From the NCBI RefSeq assembly GCF_044704955.1, contig NC_091986.1, positions 190,650,001 through 190,714,000 on the forward strand: DNA of 64,000 nucleotides, written 5' to 3'. The first letter of the stretch is position 1; each line of letters starts with the position of its first letter. Source of the stretch: Pristiophorus japonicus. Lineage: Eukaryota. Below are positions 23,120 through 36,570 of the stretch, piece by piece. The position numbers and the translations under genes were made by a program. The notes beneath the pieces are model-generated. The model saw only the letters and a list, made by a program, of their open reading frames with translations. It was not told the DNA's origin and did not search any database.

Positions 23120-24480
23120 CTTAAAGGACGAGAGATGGAGAACCAAAGGGGTTTCGGGAGCAACGTGTAAGGCCTCCTGCACGACTGAAGACATGGCTGC
23201 CAATGGAGAGGCGAAGGGAGTGGGAGGTACACAAGTGAGTAAAGTTGGAAGAATGCAGAGTTTGTGGATGATTGTGCATCTGGAGGCGGTTACAATGATA
23301 GGGAGAGATGAGGACATAAATGGATTTGAACACAAGGATAACAGCTTGAAATTAGAGACCGGGAGCCGGGAACACAGAGAGTTATGGGTGAGCGGAACTT
23401 GGTGCGGGTAAGGATACAGATAGCAGTGTTTTGAAATAGTCAAATCTGGAGGTGACAAAGTCATGGATGAGAGTTTTGTCAGCAGACAGGCAATGTTTCT
23501 AAAGTAGAGACGTAGTTAGTCTTTGTGGTGGAGACGATATGGAATCAGAAGCTCAACTCTGTGTCAATGAGGATGCCGAGGTTCCGAACCGTCAACTTCA
23601 ACCCGAGACAGTGGCTAGTGAGGGGCTGAAATCGGTGGTGAGGGTACAGTGTTGGATGGCATTGTCTGAAGACGATAGTTTCGGTCTTTCCAATGTTCAC
23701 CTGGGGAAATTGCAGATCAGTGTGGAGTGGATGTCTTACAAGCAGTTGAGAGGTAGAACCGGGTGTCATCAGCATATGATACCATATCTTCAGATGATGT
23801 CACCAAGGGAAGCATATAGATGATGAAGAGGAGGGCGCCAAGGAATCCTTAAGGGATTCCAGAGGTAACGGTGGGAGGCGGGAAGAGAAGCCGTTGTTGT
23901 AGCTTCTCTGGCTACAACTGACTAGGTAAGGTCCGAACCAAGCAAGGGCAGTCCCACCCAGCTGGACCATGGAGAAAAGGCATTATAGGAGAATGGCGTA
24001 ATTAACCATATCAAAGGCTGCAGAGAAGTCAGAAAGGATGAGGAACAATTGTGTACCATGGTCACTAACAGAATGTCACTTCTGACTTTGATTAGGGCCA
24101 TTTTATGTGCTGTAGCAGGGCCAGAATTCTGACTGGAGAGATTCAAACATGGATTTGTGGGAAAGGTGGGCATGGATCTGGGAGGCAACAACACGTTCAA
24201 GAACTTTGGAGAGGAAAAGGAGGTTGGAGGTCAGGCGATAGTTTGCAGGGACAGAGGGGTTGAGGGTGTTTTATTTTTTGAGGCTGGTTTTGAAATAGAG
24301 AGGCACACTACTTGATGAGAGAGAACTGCTTACAATGTCAGCTTGCATGGGGGCTAGAAAGCGAAGTTTGGTGGCCAGTAGTTTAGTGGAAATAGAATTG
24401 AGAGTGCAGGAGGTGAGTCTCAAGGACAAGATGAGCTCAGAGAGGGCATGAGGGAAGATATGAGAGAAACTAGAGAAAGA
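23120..24480 (-). mobile_element. Degraded L2 LINE
   Basis: ALIKVRSDILL, VNIGKTETIVF and VRNLGILIDTELSF remnants. Confidence 0.75.
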
Positions 24481-26420
24481 TGCGATAAGAAATCTTCCTG
24501 AATTTTATATACATAATTTATATATAAAATTCCTTTTTGGTTTCATTTTTATGTATTCTCCTTTCCTTTATTATGTAGCCATTATCATGCATAATTCAAT
24601 AGGACGGGAATGGATTTCACCCTATGGCGAATAGTACTCGGTTTCAGGAGGACTAGTCAGCTAATTCATTTGTTTTTATACTTCCGTATTGCAAAGTACC
24701 TGGCCTTAATTAAGTATCTTCCACTTGATACTATAGGCATGATGGGGACTCCCCATATGGGGAAATCACAGACATCATCACTGCGTGGCAGAGCACACTG
24801 GAGCACCTACATAGGCATAGTCCATTGGGCTTGTTCTTAACATTTTCCCCAGGTTATGCTGTACAGCGGAAATTTGAAAAACAAAAGGAATAAAATTAAC
24901 CTTGGTGTTATTTAGAAACACTTAATGCATGTGCTTTCTACTATTTAACAGAAGCAGTGGTCCATTTATTTTAAATAGTTAATCTGGCTTAGTTTAACTG
25001 GATTAACACCTCCAGTAAAGATCTGAGAAGATTTTTTTTGATGTGTGTTAAGCGCTTCTATCAATTAATTTCTATAATATAGTCAATATTTAATTCATAA
25101 GCTAAGGTGCAATCACCAAACAAGGGATTCATACTGTAGCTTAACTTTAACATTTTTGGTATGTGATTGTAGACCATCCTTGTGTTGGATTATTTTTACA
25201 GTGGAACTATCCACTTTAAGGATAGCAAACTGCAGGAAAAAATAACACTAGCTTTTCTATGCACACTATAACAGAGTGTCCAAACCTTTTGTCTAAGTGG
25301 GTTGCATAGAAGCATAGCATGGCAAGGTTCCATATTATTGAATGCCCCAGTTAATTCATATAAATCTTTCAACTTGAAAGTACTTATATATCTAGTGTTT
25401 TGAGTTGGGATTTATCCACCAAAAAGTCAACAACACTAAGAACAGGCCTTTTGAAACCTGCATGGTTCATGATATTCAAACCACCAAATTAAAAAATATA
25501 TAAACTCCATATTAAGGTAAATAATATTAAGGACTGCTAGTTAGGCCACTGGAGACCCTGAAAAGCTAAATGGAGTATGAAGCAGTGTTTGCACAATTTG
25601 GCATTGGGTCCTCACAACTGGTGCTAGGCCTGTGATTACCATATTACTTAACGCCTTGGGCCTGACTCAAAATGGTGGCTGTCAAACTTCAGGAGCAAAT
25701 CGGGCTCAGGAGATCCTGGACAGAATTTGGTAAGCTTCGTTCTTGCTTTCTTCCCCTATCTTTTCTGAAAACTCTATTCCTCTCAATGTTATTTACTATG
25801 CTCTAGAGTTAGCCATGTTTTTGACATTCCAATTACATCATAGTTCCCTGCTGCCACAGCTGACATTTTATTTCTATAAAGCTTCTGGGATTTATGTACA
25901 TACATCTCATTATGGAGTTTCCTCCTTTCATGGCCCTCAATATCTGTCTACCCTTTCCTGGTCTCCGGTTCATGTATCTCTGAATTTCTGTGTACAATCC
26001 CAATTGTTACCTATCCTCTGCTCTACAGTCTTGTTTGGAATCCAGTTACCTCTGTACCCACCACATGCCCTGTAAATGAATCATAATACTGCATTAATGT
26101 TTCATAGTTCCTGTCCTTAAATCATTTTTTTTGTTCTAAAGTATTCCGAGTTATATTTGAAAATTACGTTTGCACCAATTTGAAAGCCACTCATTTATAT
26201 CCTCAAACCCACCCTGGGTAATTTCAGGCCCAAATGCATTAAATGGGTTTACAATCTCATTCCTTTTGATTTTAAAAATAATTGAAAACGGTAAAAATAC
26301 CTTCACATCAGCAAGAAAATAATGGACCTCTCTTCAAGACATTTAGCGTTTTATTTACATTTTAGAAATTCCTGATTTCCCTTGTTATATAAACAAAAAT
26401 GTGCGATCTAAAATTAGGGA

Positions 26421-26654
26421 TGATACGTCCTTACTATACAGTATAAATGCACACGAGGCCCATGCTTGAGAGAAGGTCAGTCTGTGACCTGTCCTTTATT
26501 CCTTAGCACTCAAGTGATGAAGGTGGGTGGAGCTTCCCCTTTTATACCTGAAGGTCCAGGTTAGGAGTGTCTCCCACCTAGTGGTCAGTGTTCTCACGGT
26601 GTACAACTTAGGTCAGTTTATATATGGGTTACAATGCTGGTTGAAAACATGACA
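26421..26654 (-). repeat. 3' LTR of Gypsy element 1
   Basis: Direct repeat of 30301-30534, TG...CA. Confidence 0.95.
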
Positions 26655-29600
26655 TCACCTCCCCCCACAAAGTCTTATTGGGATCACAGGTTAAGTCTCT
26701 CTGGTGGTTTACGCTCCCTTGTAGAGCGCCTGAGTTGGGGCTCCGGTTGTTGGGCGCTGGCCTGAGTGTCTGCTGTTTGCAGTGCCTCAGGCCTGTCCGG
26801 ACTGCCCACAGTGACTGGGCTCTCCTCCCTTTGGTTCCGGTGTTCGGTCACCTGTGGTGGAGTGAACTCTATATCGTATTCTTCCTCTGCTTCTTCTATG
26901 GGGTTGCTGAACCTCTTTTTTGTTTGATCCACATGTTTGCGGCAGATTTGTCCATTGGTAAGTTTAACTACCAGAATCCTATTTCCCTCTTTGGCAACCA
27001 CAGTGCCTGCGAGCCATTTGGGCCCTGCAGCGTAGTTGAGGACAAAAACAGGATCACTTACATCAATACATCGCGCCCTCGCATTCCTGTCATGGTAGTG
27101 ATATTGTGACTGGCGCCTGCTCTCGACAATTTCTTTCATTGTGGGGTGTATAAGGGATAATCGGGTTTTGAGCGTCCTTTTCATTAGTAGCTCTGCGGGT
27201 GGAATCCCTGTGAGCGAGTGTGGTCGGGATCTATAGGCCAACAGGAGGCGTGATAAGTGGGTTTGTAGGGAACCCCCTTGGAATCTGAGCATCCTCTGTT
27301 TGATTATCTGCACTGCTCGTTCTGCCTGGCCGTTTAAAGCTGGCTTGAACGGTGCCATTCTAACATGGTTAATTCCATTGCCTGCCATGAAGTCCTGGAA
27401 TTCAGTGCTTGTGAAGCACGGGCCATTGTCGCTGACCAAGATGTCCGGTAGACCGTGGGCGGCGAACATTGCCCGTAGACTTTCTACCGTGGCAGAGGAT
27501 GTGCTTGAATTTAAAATGTCACACTCGATCCATTTGGAGTAGGCGTCTACTACAACCAAAAACATTTTCCCCATGAAAGGACCTGCGTAGTACACATGGA
27601 TGCATGACCAAGGCTTGGCGGGCCATGGTCAGGGGCTAAGGGGGGCTTCCCTGGGCGCATGGCCCAGCTGGGCACACGTGTTGCACCTGCGAACACAAAG
27701 TTCCAGATTTGCGTCTATCCCTGGCCACCAAACGTGTGACCTGGCAATTGCCTTCATCGTGACAATGCCCGGGTGTCCATTGTGGAATTCTCTGATGAAC
27801 ACCTCTCTGCCCATCTGGGGCATGACTACGCAGTTTCCCCACAGTAGGCAATCGGCCTGAATCAAGAGTTCATCCTTGCGCCTGTGAAATGGTTTAAATT
27901 TCTCAGGGCATGCCCTGTACGTGGCTGCCCAGTCCCCATTCAGGACACATTTCTTGACTAGAGACAATAGCGGGTCTCTATTTGTCCAGACTGTAATCTG
28001 ACAGGCTGTCACGGGTGAGCCTTCGCTTCCGAAAGCTTCAACAGCCATGACCATCTCAGCACCATGCTCGGTAGCCCCCTCAGTGGTGGCTAGTGGGAGC
28101 CTGCTGAGTGCATCGGCGCAGTTTTCGGTGCCCGGTCTGTGCCGAATTGTGTAGTCATAGGCAGCTAACGTGAGTGCCCACCTCTGTATGCGGGCCGATG
28201 CGTTTGCATTTATGGCCTTGTTGTCAGCCAAAAGGGACGTTAGGGGTTTGTGATCTGTCTCCAGCTCAAATTTCCTGCCAAACAGGTACTGGTGCATTTT
28301 CTTTACCGCATATACACATGCGAGCGCCTCCTTTTCTACCATCCCGTAGCCCCTTTCTGCCTGGGACAGACTCCTGGAGGCATAAGCTACCGGCTGTAAC
28401 TGACCCTTGGCATTGACATGCTGCAACACACACCCGACACCATAGGACAACGCATCGCACGTTAACACAAGTTTCTTACATGGGTCATATAGCGTTAACA
28501 GATTGTTGGAACATAACAAATTGCATGCTCTATTAAAAGCCCTTTCCTGGCTGTCCCCCCAGACCCATTCGCGACCTTTGCGTATGAGCACATGTAGCGG
28601 CTCTAGCAGCATGCTCAATTTGGGAAGAAAGTTACCAAAATAGTTCAGGAGCCCCAGGAACGAACGCAGCTCCGTCGTGTTATGGGGTCTGGGTGTTCTC
28701 TGGATTGCTTCCGTCTTGGATGCAGTAGGGCTGATCCCATCTGCTGCTACCCTCATCCCCAGGAATTCTACCTCTGGAGCTAGGAAGACGCACTTCGCCT
28801 TTTTCAGTCGCAGACCTACCCGGTCCAGTCTGCGTAGCACCTCCTCCAGTGTTCTTCAGTATCGTAACCCGTAATGAGGATGTCGTCCTGAAAAACCACC
28901 GTCCCTGGAATCGACTTGAGGAGGCTTTCCATATTTCGTTGGAAGATCGCGGCGGCCGAGCGAATCCCGAACGGACATCTGTTGTACTCAAACAACCCCT
29001 TGTGTGTCGTGATGGTGGTCAGCTTCTTCGACTCACTCGCCAGCTCCTGGTTCATGTAAGCTGAGGTCAGGTCCAATTTTGAAAAAAGTTTGCCACCGGA
29101 TAGCGTCGCAAAGAGGTCCTCCGCTCTCGGTAGCGGGTACTGGTCTTGGAGTGACACCCGATTGATGGTGGCCTTGTAATCGCCACATATCCTGACCGAC
29201 CCATCCACCTTGAGCACCGGCACAATCGGGCTCGCCCAGTCACTGAATTCGACTGGCGAGATGATGCCTTCCCTCAACAGGCGGTCCAATTCACCTTCTA
29301 TCTTTTCCCGCATCACGTACGGCACCGCTCTGGCCTTGTGGTGTACTGGTCTGGCGTCCGGGTTTATGTGAATCACTATCTTGGCCCCCATGAAAATGCC
29401 AATGCCGGGTTGAAATAATGAGTCAAATTTGACCAGGACCTGTGAGCATGATACTCGCTCCACAGATGAAATTGCATTGACATCGCCCCATTTCCAGTTC
29501 ATGACAGCAAGCCAACTCCTCCCCAGTAGTGCGGGACCGTCCCCTGGGACAATCCAGAGAGGCAACCTGTTCTCCGAATCTTTGTGGGTCACGACTACCG

Positions 29601-30300
29601 TGGCGCTGCCTAGCACCGGAATGATCTGCTTTGTGTATGTCTGTAGCTGTGCGTCAATCGGCGATAATTTTGGCCTCCTGGCCTTGGATGCCCACAACTT
29701 TTTGAACTGTTTGATACCCATCAGGGACTGGCTGGCACCCGTGTCTAACTCCATTGATACTGGGATGCCATTGAGGAGCACTTTCATCATTATCGGTGGC
29801 GTCCTGGTGAATGAACTGTATACGTGCTCCACATGAACTCGCTGAACTTTAGCTTCCAGCGATTTCCCCCAGTGTCCATTTCTGCAATTTCTGCAGGTAT
29901 TTTGCTCATCTCTGCAAACTCCGGCTGAATGTATGCCTCCACGCCTCCAGCATGAGTTGCGTTTTGAAACAAAAGGTCCCTTTCCAGTCGATCGTCCCTG
30001 ACTGCCCCTGTTATTGTCCTTGAGTGCACCATTAACAGGTGTTGATGGCCCCATTACTGGCCGCATTGTCCCTTGCAATGGCGTGAATCGCTGTTCAGCT
30101 TGCCATTGTCTCTGTCGAACTCCCCCTCTGGGTTCGACTACATGTTGGGGCATGCCTGACTGCCCTTGTCTGCCTGGAGAACTGTGTGTTGTTTTAACAA
30201 TGTTGAATCTCTGTCCCAACCATTCCTTAACACAGTACCTCTCGTCTGTTCTGCTAGTGGCCATGCTCGCGTGGTTTAAATCCCAGTTTCTTGTCGCCAT

Positions 30301-30534
30301 TGATTCGTCCTTACTATACAGTATAAATGCACACGAGGCCCATGCTTGAGAGAAGGTCAGTCTGTGACCTGTCCTTTATTCCTGAGCACTCAAGTGATGA
30401 AGGTGGGTGGAGCTTCCCCTTTTATACCTGAAGGTCCAGGTTAGGAGTGTCTCCCACCTAGTGGTCAGTGTTCTCACGGTGTACAACTTCGGTCAGTTTA
30501 TACATGGGTTACAATGCTGGTTGAATACATGACA
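30301..30534 (-). repeat. 5' LTR of Gypsy element 1
   Basis: Adjacent to the PBS; contains TATA and AATAAA on the minus strand. Confidence 0.95.
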
Positions 30535-30599
30535 AGGGACAACCCTATCTGGAACATATGGTGGTGACAGCACCTTACACATATCTGCCAGCCCACACA

Positions 30600-30802
30600 C
30601 CTCTCCAAACCGGTTGGAACAAACTGCGATCTGGCCCTGCCCCCAAGGACAGGCTCCACCTCGGGTTCGTGTGAAATACAGGAACAAAACTGTTGCTGTT
30701 TGTACAGTGCAGTCAGTGAGAGAGCGTCTCTAGGAGCGGGAGAGTGGCAGGCCAGCACTCAGCGGCCGGCCCATGGACACACAGGTAACCGTGCAGGTGA
30801 GT
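30600..30802 (+). promoter_or_regulatory. Candidate promoter or first exon of the downstream gene
   Basis: Non-repeat-like GC/CpG-enriched patch ending in two tandem donors, CAG|GTAACC (30785) and CAG|GTGAGT (30797), followed by T-rich intron-like DNA. Confidence 0.3.
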
Positions 30803-31629
30803 CAGTGAAACAGGCTCGCAGGAACATCTTTTCAGGAGCTAATAATATGGGAATGGGAGCCATCCTCTCCCGATTTAAGAAACTCCAGTTGACTTGCTTC
30901 CGAGCTGCCGCTTGCTGTTCATTCGGGCTTGGTGAATAATTGTCACAGGTGCAAATTACAGCGTGAACCGCTCTGTAAAGGATTATTTTATATTAAGTAA
31001 CGTATAAAAGATATAACAAAGTCTGCATGATCACATAGTTCTTGTGCCCTTTGTTGAGGTAGTTCTGTTACTTTTTCCCTGTGGTGTTTGATATGGGGGG
31101 TTGATCATTTTTGCTTTGTTTTGCCTTGCCTTTTCATCGTTGAATTTTAAATTGCTGAAGTAACTTCATCCTCGTTTCAGTAGTTAAGTAAGGGTGAATT
31201 ATTCCTGCAGTAGCATATGATCACTGGATGGGTGTAATTCATGGGTTGGTACTGTACAGTTTGGTCTCAGTTCTCAGGCTGGACTATGAAACAGTTCTCA
31301 CTCACCCAGTGTTGACGTTTGTCTATTGTACAAACTCCAGGTACATTTTATCAAGGGGTGCTGGTCGTATTGTGTACTTTAACTTTGTGAGTAAGTCAGA
31401 AAGGCATTCAAACATTTTTATGCTTTTACCGTGTCAACTTCAGAAAGTGTTTCTAATGGGTAAGGTGGGTTTAATTTACAATTTTATAGAACTATGACTT
31501 TGCATCCACTTTAATAGAGTGCATGCAAGCTTTGCATGAAGTGCAATTTTGGTTGGAATCAGAATTGCTAATCTGAAGTCATCATAAGATTGCAAAATAG
31601 AGATGACAGAAACTATTCAGATCATGTAA

Positions 31630-32197
31630 GTTCATCCTCCGAAGCCCTCATCCATGCCTTTGTTACCTCTAGACTTGACTACTCCAACGCACTCCTGGCT
31701 GGCCTCCCACATTCTACCCTACATAAACTTGGTCATCCAAAACTCAGCTGCCCAAGTCCCGGTCACCCACCACCCCTGTGCTTGCTGACCTACATTGGCT
31801 CCCGGTTAAGCAATACCTCGATTTCAAATACTCATCCTTGTTTACAAATCCCGCCATGGCCTCGCCCTCCCTAACTCTGTAATCTCCTCCAGCCCCACAT
31901 CCCCCCGAGATATCTGCACTCCTCTAATTCTGGCCTCTTGAGCATCCCTGATTATAATCGCTCAACCATCAGGCCTTCAACTGCCGAGGCCCCAAGCTGT
32001 GGAACTCCTTCCCTAAACCTCCCTCTCTACCTCTCTTTCCTCCTTTACGACGCTCCTTAAAACCAAGCTTTTGGTCATCTGCTGTAATTTCTTCTTATGT
32101 GGCTTGGTGTCAAAATCTTGTCTTATAATACTCCCGCGAAGCACCTTGGAACATTTTACTACGTTAAAGGCGCTATATAAATACAAGTTGTTGTTGT
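31630..32197 (+). mobile_element. L2 LINE 3' fragment
   Basis: EALIHAFVTSRLDYSNALLAGLP and atacaagttgttgttg tail. Confidence 0.85.
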
Positions 32198-32694
32198 AAA
32201 GTTTCCCTGCTATAATTTGAGCTTCCTCCCAACCATTTCCACTCATGTTCACAGCAAAAGTCTGTTTTAACCTTATGTGGGATGTGATTGGGACAATGTG
32301 CCATATGACTAACAATCTTTTACTGAAATTATGTGGGCCAACCACTACATTCTCCTGCTGCTTTGTAAGGCAGAAAGTACAGCACTATCAGACAGTTGGA
32401 TTCAGGCTAAACTATTTATTTACAAGAAGGTTAATTACACAGAGCAGAAACACAAAGTAAGAAAGTAGTAGGACAAAACTTAAATTACTACATTCACTGT
32501 TTCAAAAGAACAAAGAGTGCTGAATCTTTAGAAATCCATTCCAGTGTCTTTTGAATTGAGCCTCTCGATGAACTATTACATGGACAATTTACTCAATGGA
32601 GCCCTTTTACTACCTCAACATGGAAACTGGCAGTCAAAAGCAGCTAACTGGAAATGCAGGTAAACTCACCAATTGCTGTGTTACCAATTGATAG

Positions 32695-33095
32695 CAGGCC
32701 CTAGAGGGTAAATTTGAGGATAGGTTGCATAAATTTGGCTTGTGTTCCCTTGAATATAGGAGATTGAAGGGTGATCTGATCGAGGTGTTTAAAATGTTCA
32801 AAGGATTTTATAGGGCAAATACAGAGAAATTATTTCCCCCGGTGGAGGAATGTACACCAATTAAAATATGATCTTAAAATCAGTGCCTGGCCATCCAGGC
32901 GTGAAATCAGGCAGCACTTTTTCACAAACAGGGTGGTAGGAATTTGTAACTCTCCACCCCAAAAGGTTGTGTATGCTAAGACAATTGGAACTTTCAAGAT
33001 TGAGATAGATGGATTGTTGTTTGTTAAGGGTATCAAGGGATCTGGAGCAATGGAGGGAACATGGAGTTGAGGTACAGATCGGCCATGATCCATCA
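32695..33095 (+). mobile_element. Old CR1 3' fragment
   Basis: RRLKGDLIEVFK remnant and CR1 3' UTR. Confidence 0.7.
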
Positions 33096-33589
33096 TTTAA
33101 TTAGACACCTGTTCATAATGTTCCTCTGTCCCAAAGGGAAGATTTCCTCTGAATCCAAAGGGTTTCTTTCTCAAAAGTCAGCAATTGGAATATAAATAAT
33201 TTCTATCGTTTAAGTAGATAAAGGTTTGAACTGCAGTCTCCTGGTTTTCTGTTGGTTCATTCACCCCTGGCTGCAACAGAAACTATTTGAATATCTAATA
33301 TAAGCCTGCAAGTTTGTATGCGTTAACATTTCAAAAACACACAGTGCTGGACAAAGCTAATTGGGTTCTAATTACCCCACCAATAGCTGTCTGTCTCAAT
33401 ATTGTATGTTATCTTTCTCTCCGCAAAGGCAAAAGAACTATTTTAAGAATACTGATATCCAAAGCTAGTATTTAAATTACATTTCACCCTGATCAAAGCC
33501 TCCAACTGTGTCATAAGTAATTTTTATACTGCCATGAAATACAGGTGGCTCATGATTTTGCCATTGGGATCATCGTTTGCATGGCAGAT

Positions 33590-33835
33590 TGAAAAACAAT
33601 GTTAATGTCAACATCCAAGCTTGTCATCCACTCTATGGCCTGTGGTGATATGGAGGGAATAGAAGCTGTTCTTTCAGGGAATGATCTTCGTGAGCAATAG
33701 TTCACAAGATGCTCCATGGTTTGAATAGTAATTCCACAGTCACACATTGGGCAATCCTTCATCTTCCATTTATATTGCAGGTAGTTGAGTGCCCATATTT
33801 TACGGGCCATGTTGAAGTGGTAAGCGCTCACAGTT
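33590..33835 (-). mobile_element. Vingi/Ingi-like non-LTR element C-terminal fragment
   Basis: YKWKMKDCPMCDCGITIQTMEHLVNYC is a CCHC zinc knuckle typical of I/Ingi/Vingi ORF ends. Confidence 0.6.
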
Positions 33836-33899
33836 TAAATGTGGGGAGATGGATCATGGACACAGGTCTCACTTAACCCACAATAAATGAGATTGAGTA

Positions 33900-34240
33900 T
33901 AAAAATGGCTAACAATGCCTCCAAGAATTTTGTCTCCACTACCTTACCCAGAGTTATTCAGTCCTTGAATAAAGAATAATGTCCTCATATCAGTCCTAAA
34001 TTTGCCTTTTGGCCGTTTAAACCTGTGTCCTCCTGTTCTATTTTCATGGCGTATCTTGAAGAAATGTTCTGAATTTAACTTCCCTACACCAATTACTGTC
34101 ATATATCTACATAAGGTCTCCTCTCAGTCACCGCATTTCAAGATTGAAGAACTCAGGTTTCTCTCATCTTTCCCCATGTTTCAATGCTCTGGCATTAGCA
34201 TCAGGTTCATGCCTCTGCTCTGTACCACCTCCAGGGTTTA
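33900..34240 (-). mobile_element. Very old CR1 fragment
   Basis: Decayed reverse-strand CR1 ORF2 end. Confidence 0.5.
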
Positions 34241-35166
34241 GTGGTGAAAATGATATTATTCCTTTTAAATTATAATGAAATGTATCTCTAATTACAAATG
34301 TACTTCCAACTCTTGGACCATTTTTGCTATTGAAGTAACTTTGTGCACTACATTACTCTTTGAGTTATGTTATGTCTTCATTTAATATTAACATGGCACC
34401 AGGGAACAAGGGGCACAATCTAATCTGTCTGAAAAGATTTTTCATCAAAAGAAAATACCTGAACAAATATATATGCTCAATATATATTAACTGGAGATGA
34501 ATCATGGGTTGTCATCATTGACAACAATGGGCAAACCATCTTCATCAGAAAGTCTACAGGAGAGAACTTGCATCCAGCTGCTCCTGTATAGTATGTACTT
34601 GCTCTGGAACTGAACAGAAAATATTTAACTATAGTGGAATTACTGCATTATTCAAAGTTTTGTGGGCCTGAGGTTTGCTGCCCCGAAACACAGAACTGGT
34701 GTTCAGAACAGCCAATAGTTTAAATGTTTTCTTGTCAATATTTACACAAAAGTGCGGAAAGAGACACACTGTAAATCACAGTGGTTTATTGCTCTCGGGT
34801 TTCCGTGCTTGCACGCACTTGAAATCTCTCATGACAACCTGTCATTTTGTGTCAGCAATTTCTAGACGACTTTGCTCATCCAGTTAACATCAATCTGAAT
34901 AGGGCAACAGTTCTGTGCTGGTGACAGGTTATTTAACTTTGAATTGATTTTGCAAAAGAGGATTTCCATTTTCATCTTTTTGTGCTAATTGAGGAGGAGA
35001 TGTGAATGCTAAGGCACTCCGAATCAGTGTCAAACATTCCCAGGTCAGGTGTAATGCAGCCAGATGCAGTTTAAAGCTTCCTTGACTTTACCCAACTATC
35101 AGCCTCGGGCACCAATCTCAAAAGAGCATTCCCCTGCACCGGTGTGATTTTTCTCTCCATTTCCAT

Positions 35167-35530
35167 TGTCAGTTGTGGCTCAGTGGGTAGCACTCTTGTG
35201 TCTGAGTCAGAAGGTTGTGGGTTCAAGTCCCACTCCAGAGACTTGAGTGCACAAATCTAGGCAGACACTTCAGTGCAGTACTGAGGGAGTGCTGCACTGT
35301 CGGAGGTGTTGTCTTTCGGACGAGATGTTAAACTGAGGCCCGTCTGCTCTCTCAGGTGGACGTAAAGGATCCCATGGCACTATTCAAAGGAGAGCAGGGG
35401 AGTTATCCCTGGTGTGCTGGCCAATACTTATCCCTCAATCAACATCACTAAAACACAGATTTTCTGGTCACTTTCACATTGGTGTTTGTGGGAGCTTGCT
35501 GTGTGCAAATTAGCTGCCGTGTTTCCTACA
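35167..35530 (+). mobile_element. tRNA-derived Deu-domain SINE (SacSINE1-like), 3' cut by CR1
   Basis: A box tggctcagtggg, B box ggttcaagtcc, Deu core ctcaggtggacgtaaaggatcccatggcactatt. Confidence 0.85.
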
Positions 35531-36570
35531 ACCTAGTGAACCTTCTCTGAACTGCCTCCAAAGCAAGTATATCCTTTCGTAAATATGGAAACTAAAACTG
35601 CACGCAGTATTCCAGGTGTGGCCTCACCAATACCCTGTATAGCTGTAGCAAGACTTCCCTGCTTTTATACTCCATCCCCTTTGCAATAAAGGCCAAGATT
35701 CCATTGGCCTTCCTGATCACTTGCTGTACTTGCATACTATCCTTTTGTGTTTCATACACAAGTACCCCCAGGTCCCGCTGTACTGCAGCACTTTGCAATC
35801 TTTCTCCATTTAAATTATAACTTGCTCTTTGATTTTTTTTCTGCCAAAGTGCATGACCTCACACTTTCCAACATTATACTCCATCTGCCAAATTTTCACC
35901 CACTCACTTAGCCTGTCTATGTCCTTTTGCAGATTATGTGTGTCCTCCTCACACATTGCTTTTCCTCCCATTTTTGTATCGTCAGCAAACTTGGCTACGT
36001 TACACTCAGTCCCTTCTTCCAAGTCGTTAATATAGATTGTAAATAGTTGAGGTCCCAGCACTGATCCCTGCGGCACCCCACTAGTTACTTAAGGCCAACC
36101 AGAGAATGAACCATTTATCCCGACTTTCTGTTTTCTGTTAGTTAGCTATTCCTCTATCCATGCTAAAATATTATCCCCAACCTCGTGAACTTTTATCTTG
36201 TGCAGTAACCTTTTATGTGGCACCTTGTCAAATGCCATCTGAAAGTCCAAATACACCATATCCATTGGTTCCCTTTTATCCAGCCTGTTCGTTACATCCT
36301 CAAAGAATTCCAGAAAATTTGTCAAACATGACTTCCCTTCATAAATCTATGCTAACTCTGCCTGACCGAATTTTGCTTTTCCAAATGTCCTGCTGCTGCT
36401 TCTTTAATAATGGACTCCAGCATTTTCCGAACCACAGATATTAGGCTAACTGGTCTATAGTTTCCTGCTTTTTGTCTGCCTCCTTTTTTAAATAGGGGCG
36501 TTACATTTGCAGTTTTCCAATCCAGGGAATTTTGGTAAATTAAAACCAATGCATCCACAATCCCTGCCGC
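35531..36570 (-). mobile_element. CR1 RT fragment (second subfamily)
   Basis: ORFs 35592-35798, 35810-36076 and 36352-36606 carry CR1 RT motifs. Confidence 0.9.

Larger units (their letters stand above)
26421..30534 (-). mobile_element. Ty3/Gypsy LTR retrotransposon with gag deletion and frameshifted pol
   Basis: 234-bp LTRs at 26421-26654 and 30301-30534 (5 mismatches by eye), TSD AGGGA, PBS TGGCGACAAG, PPT GGGGGGAGG. PR (LDTGAS), RT, RNase H and integrase in Gypsy order in ORFs 28816-30300, 27629-28840 and 26684-27595. Confidence 0.96.

Noticed and set aside
35167-35245. tRNA gene
   Set aside because: The A/B boxes belong to a SINE head followed by a Deu domain; there is no complete cloverleaf. 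The same applies at 40400-40476.
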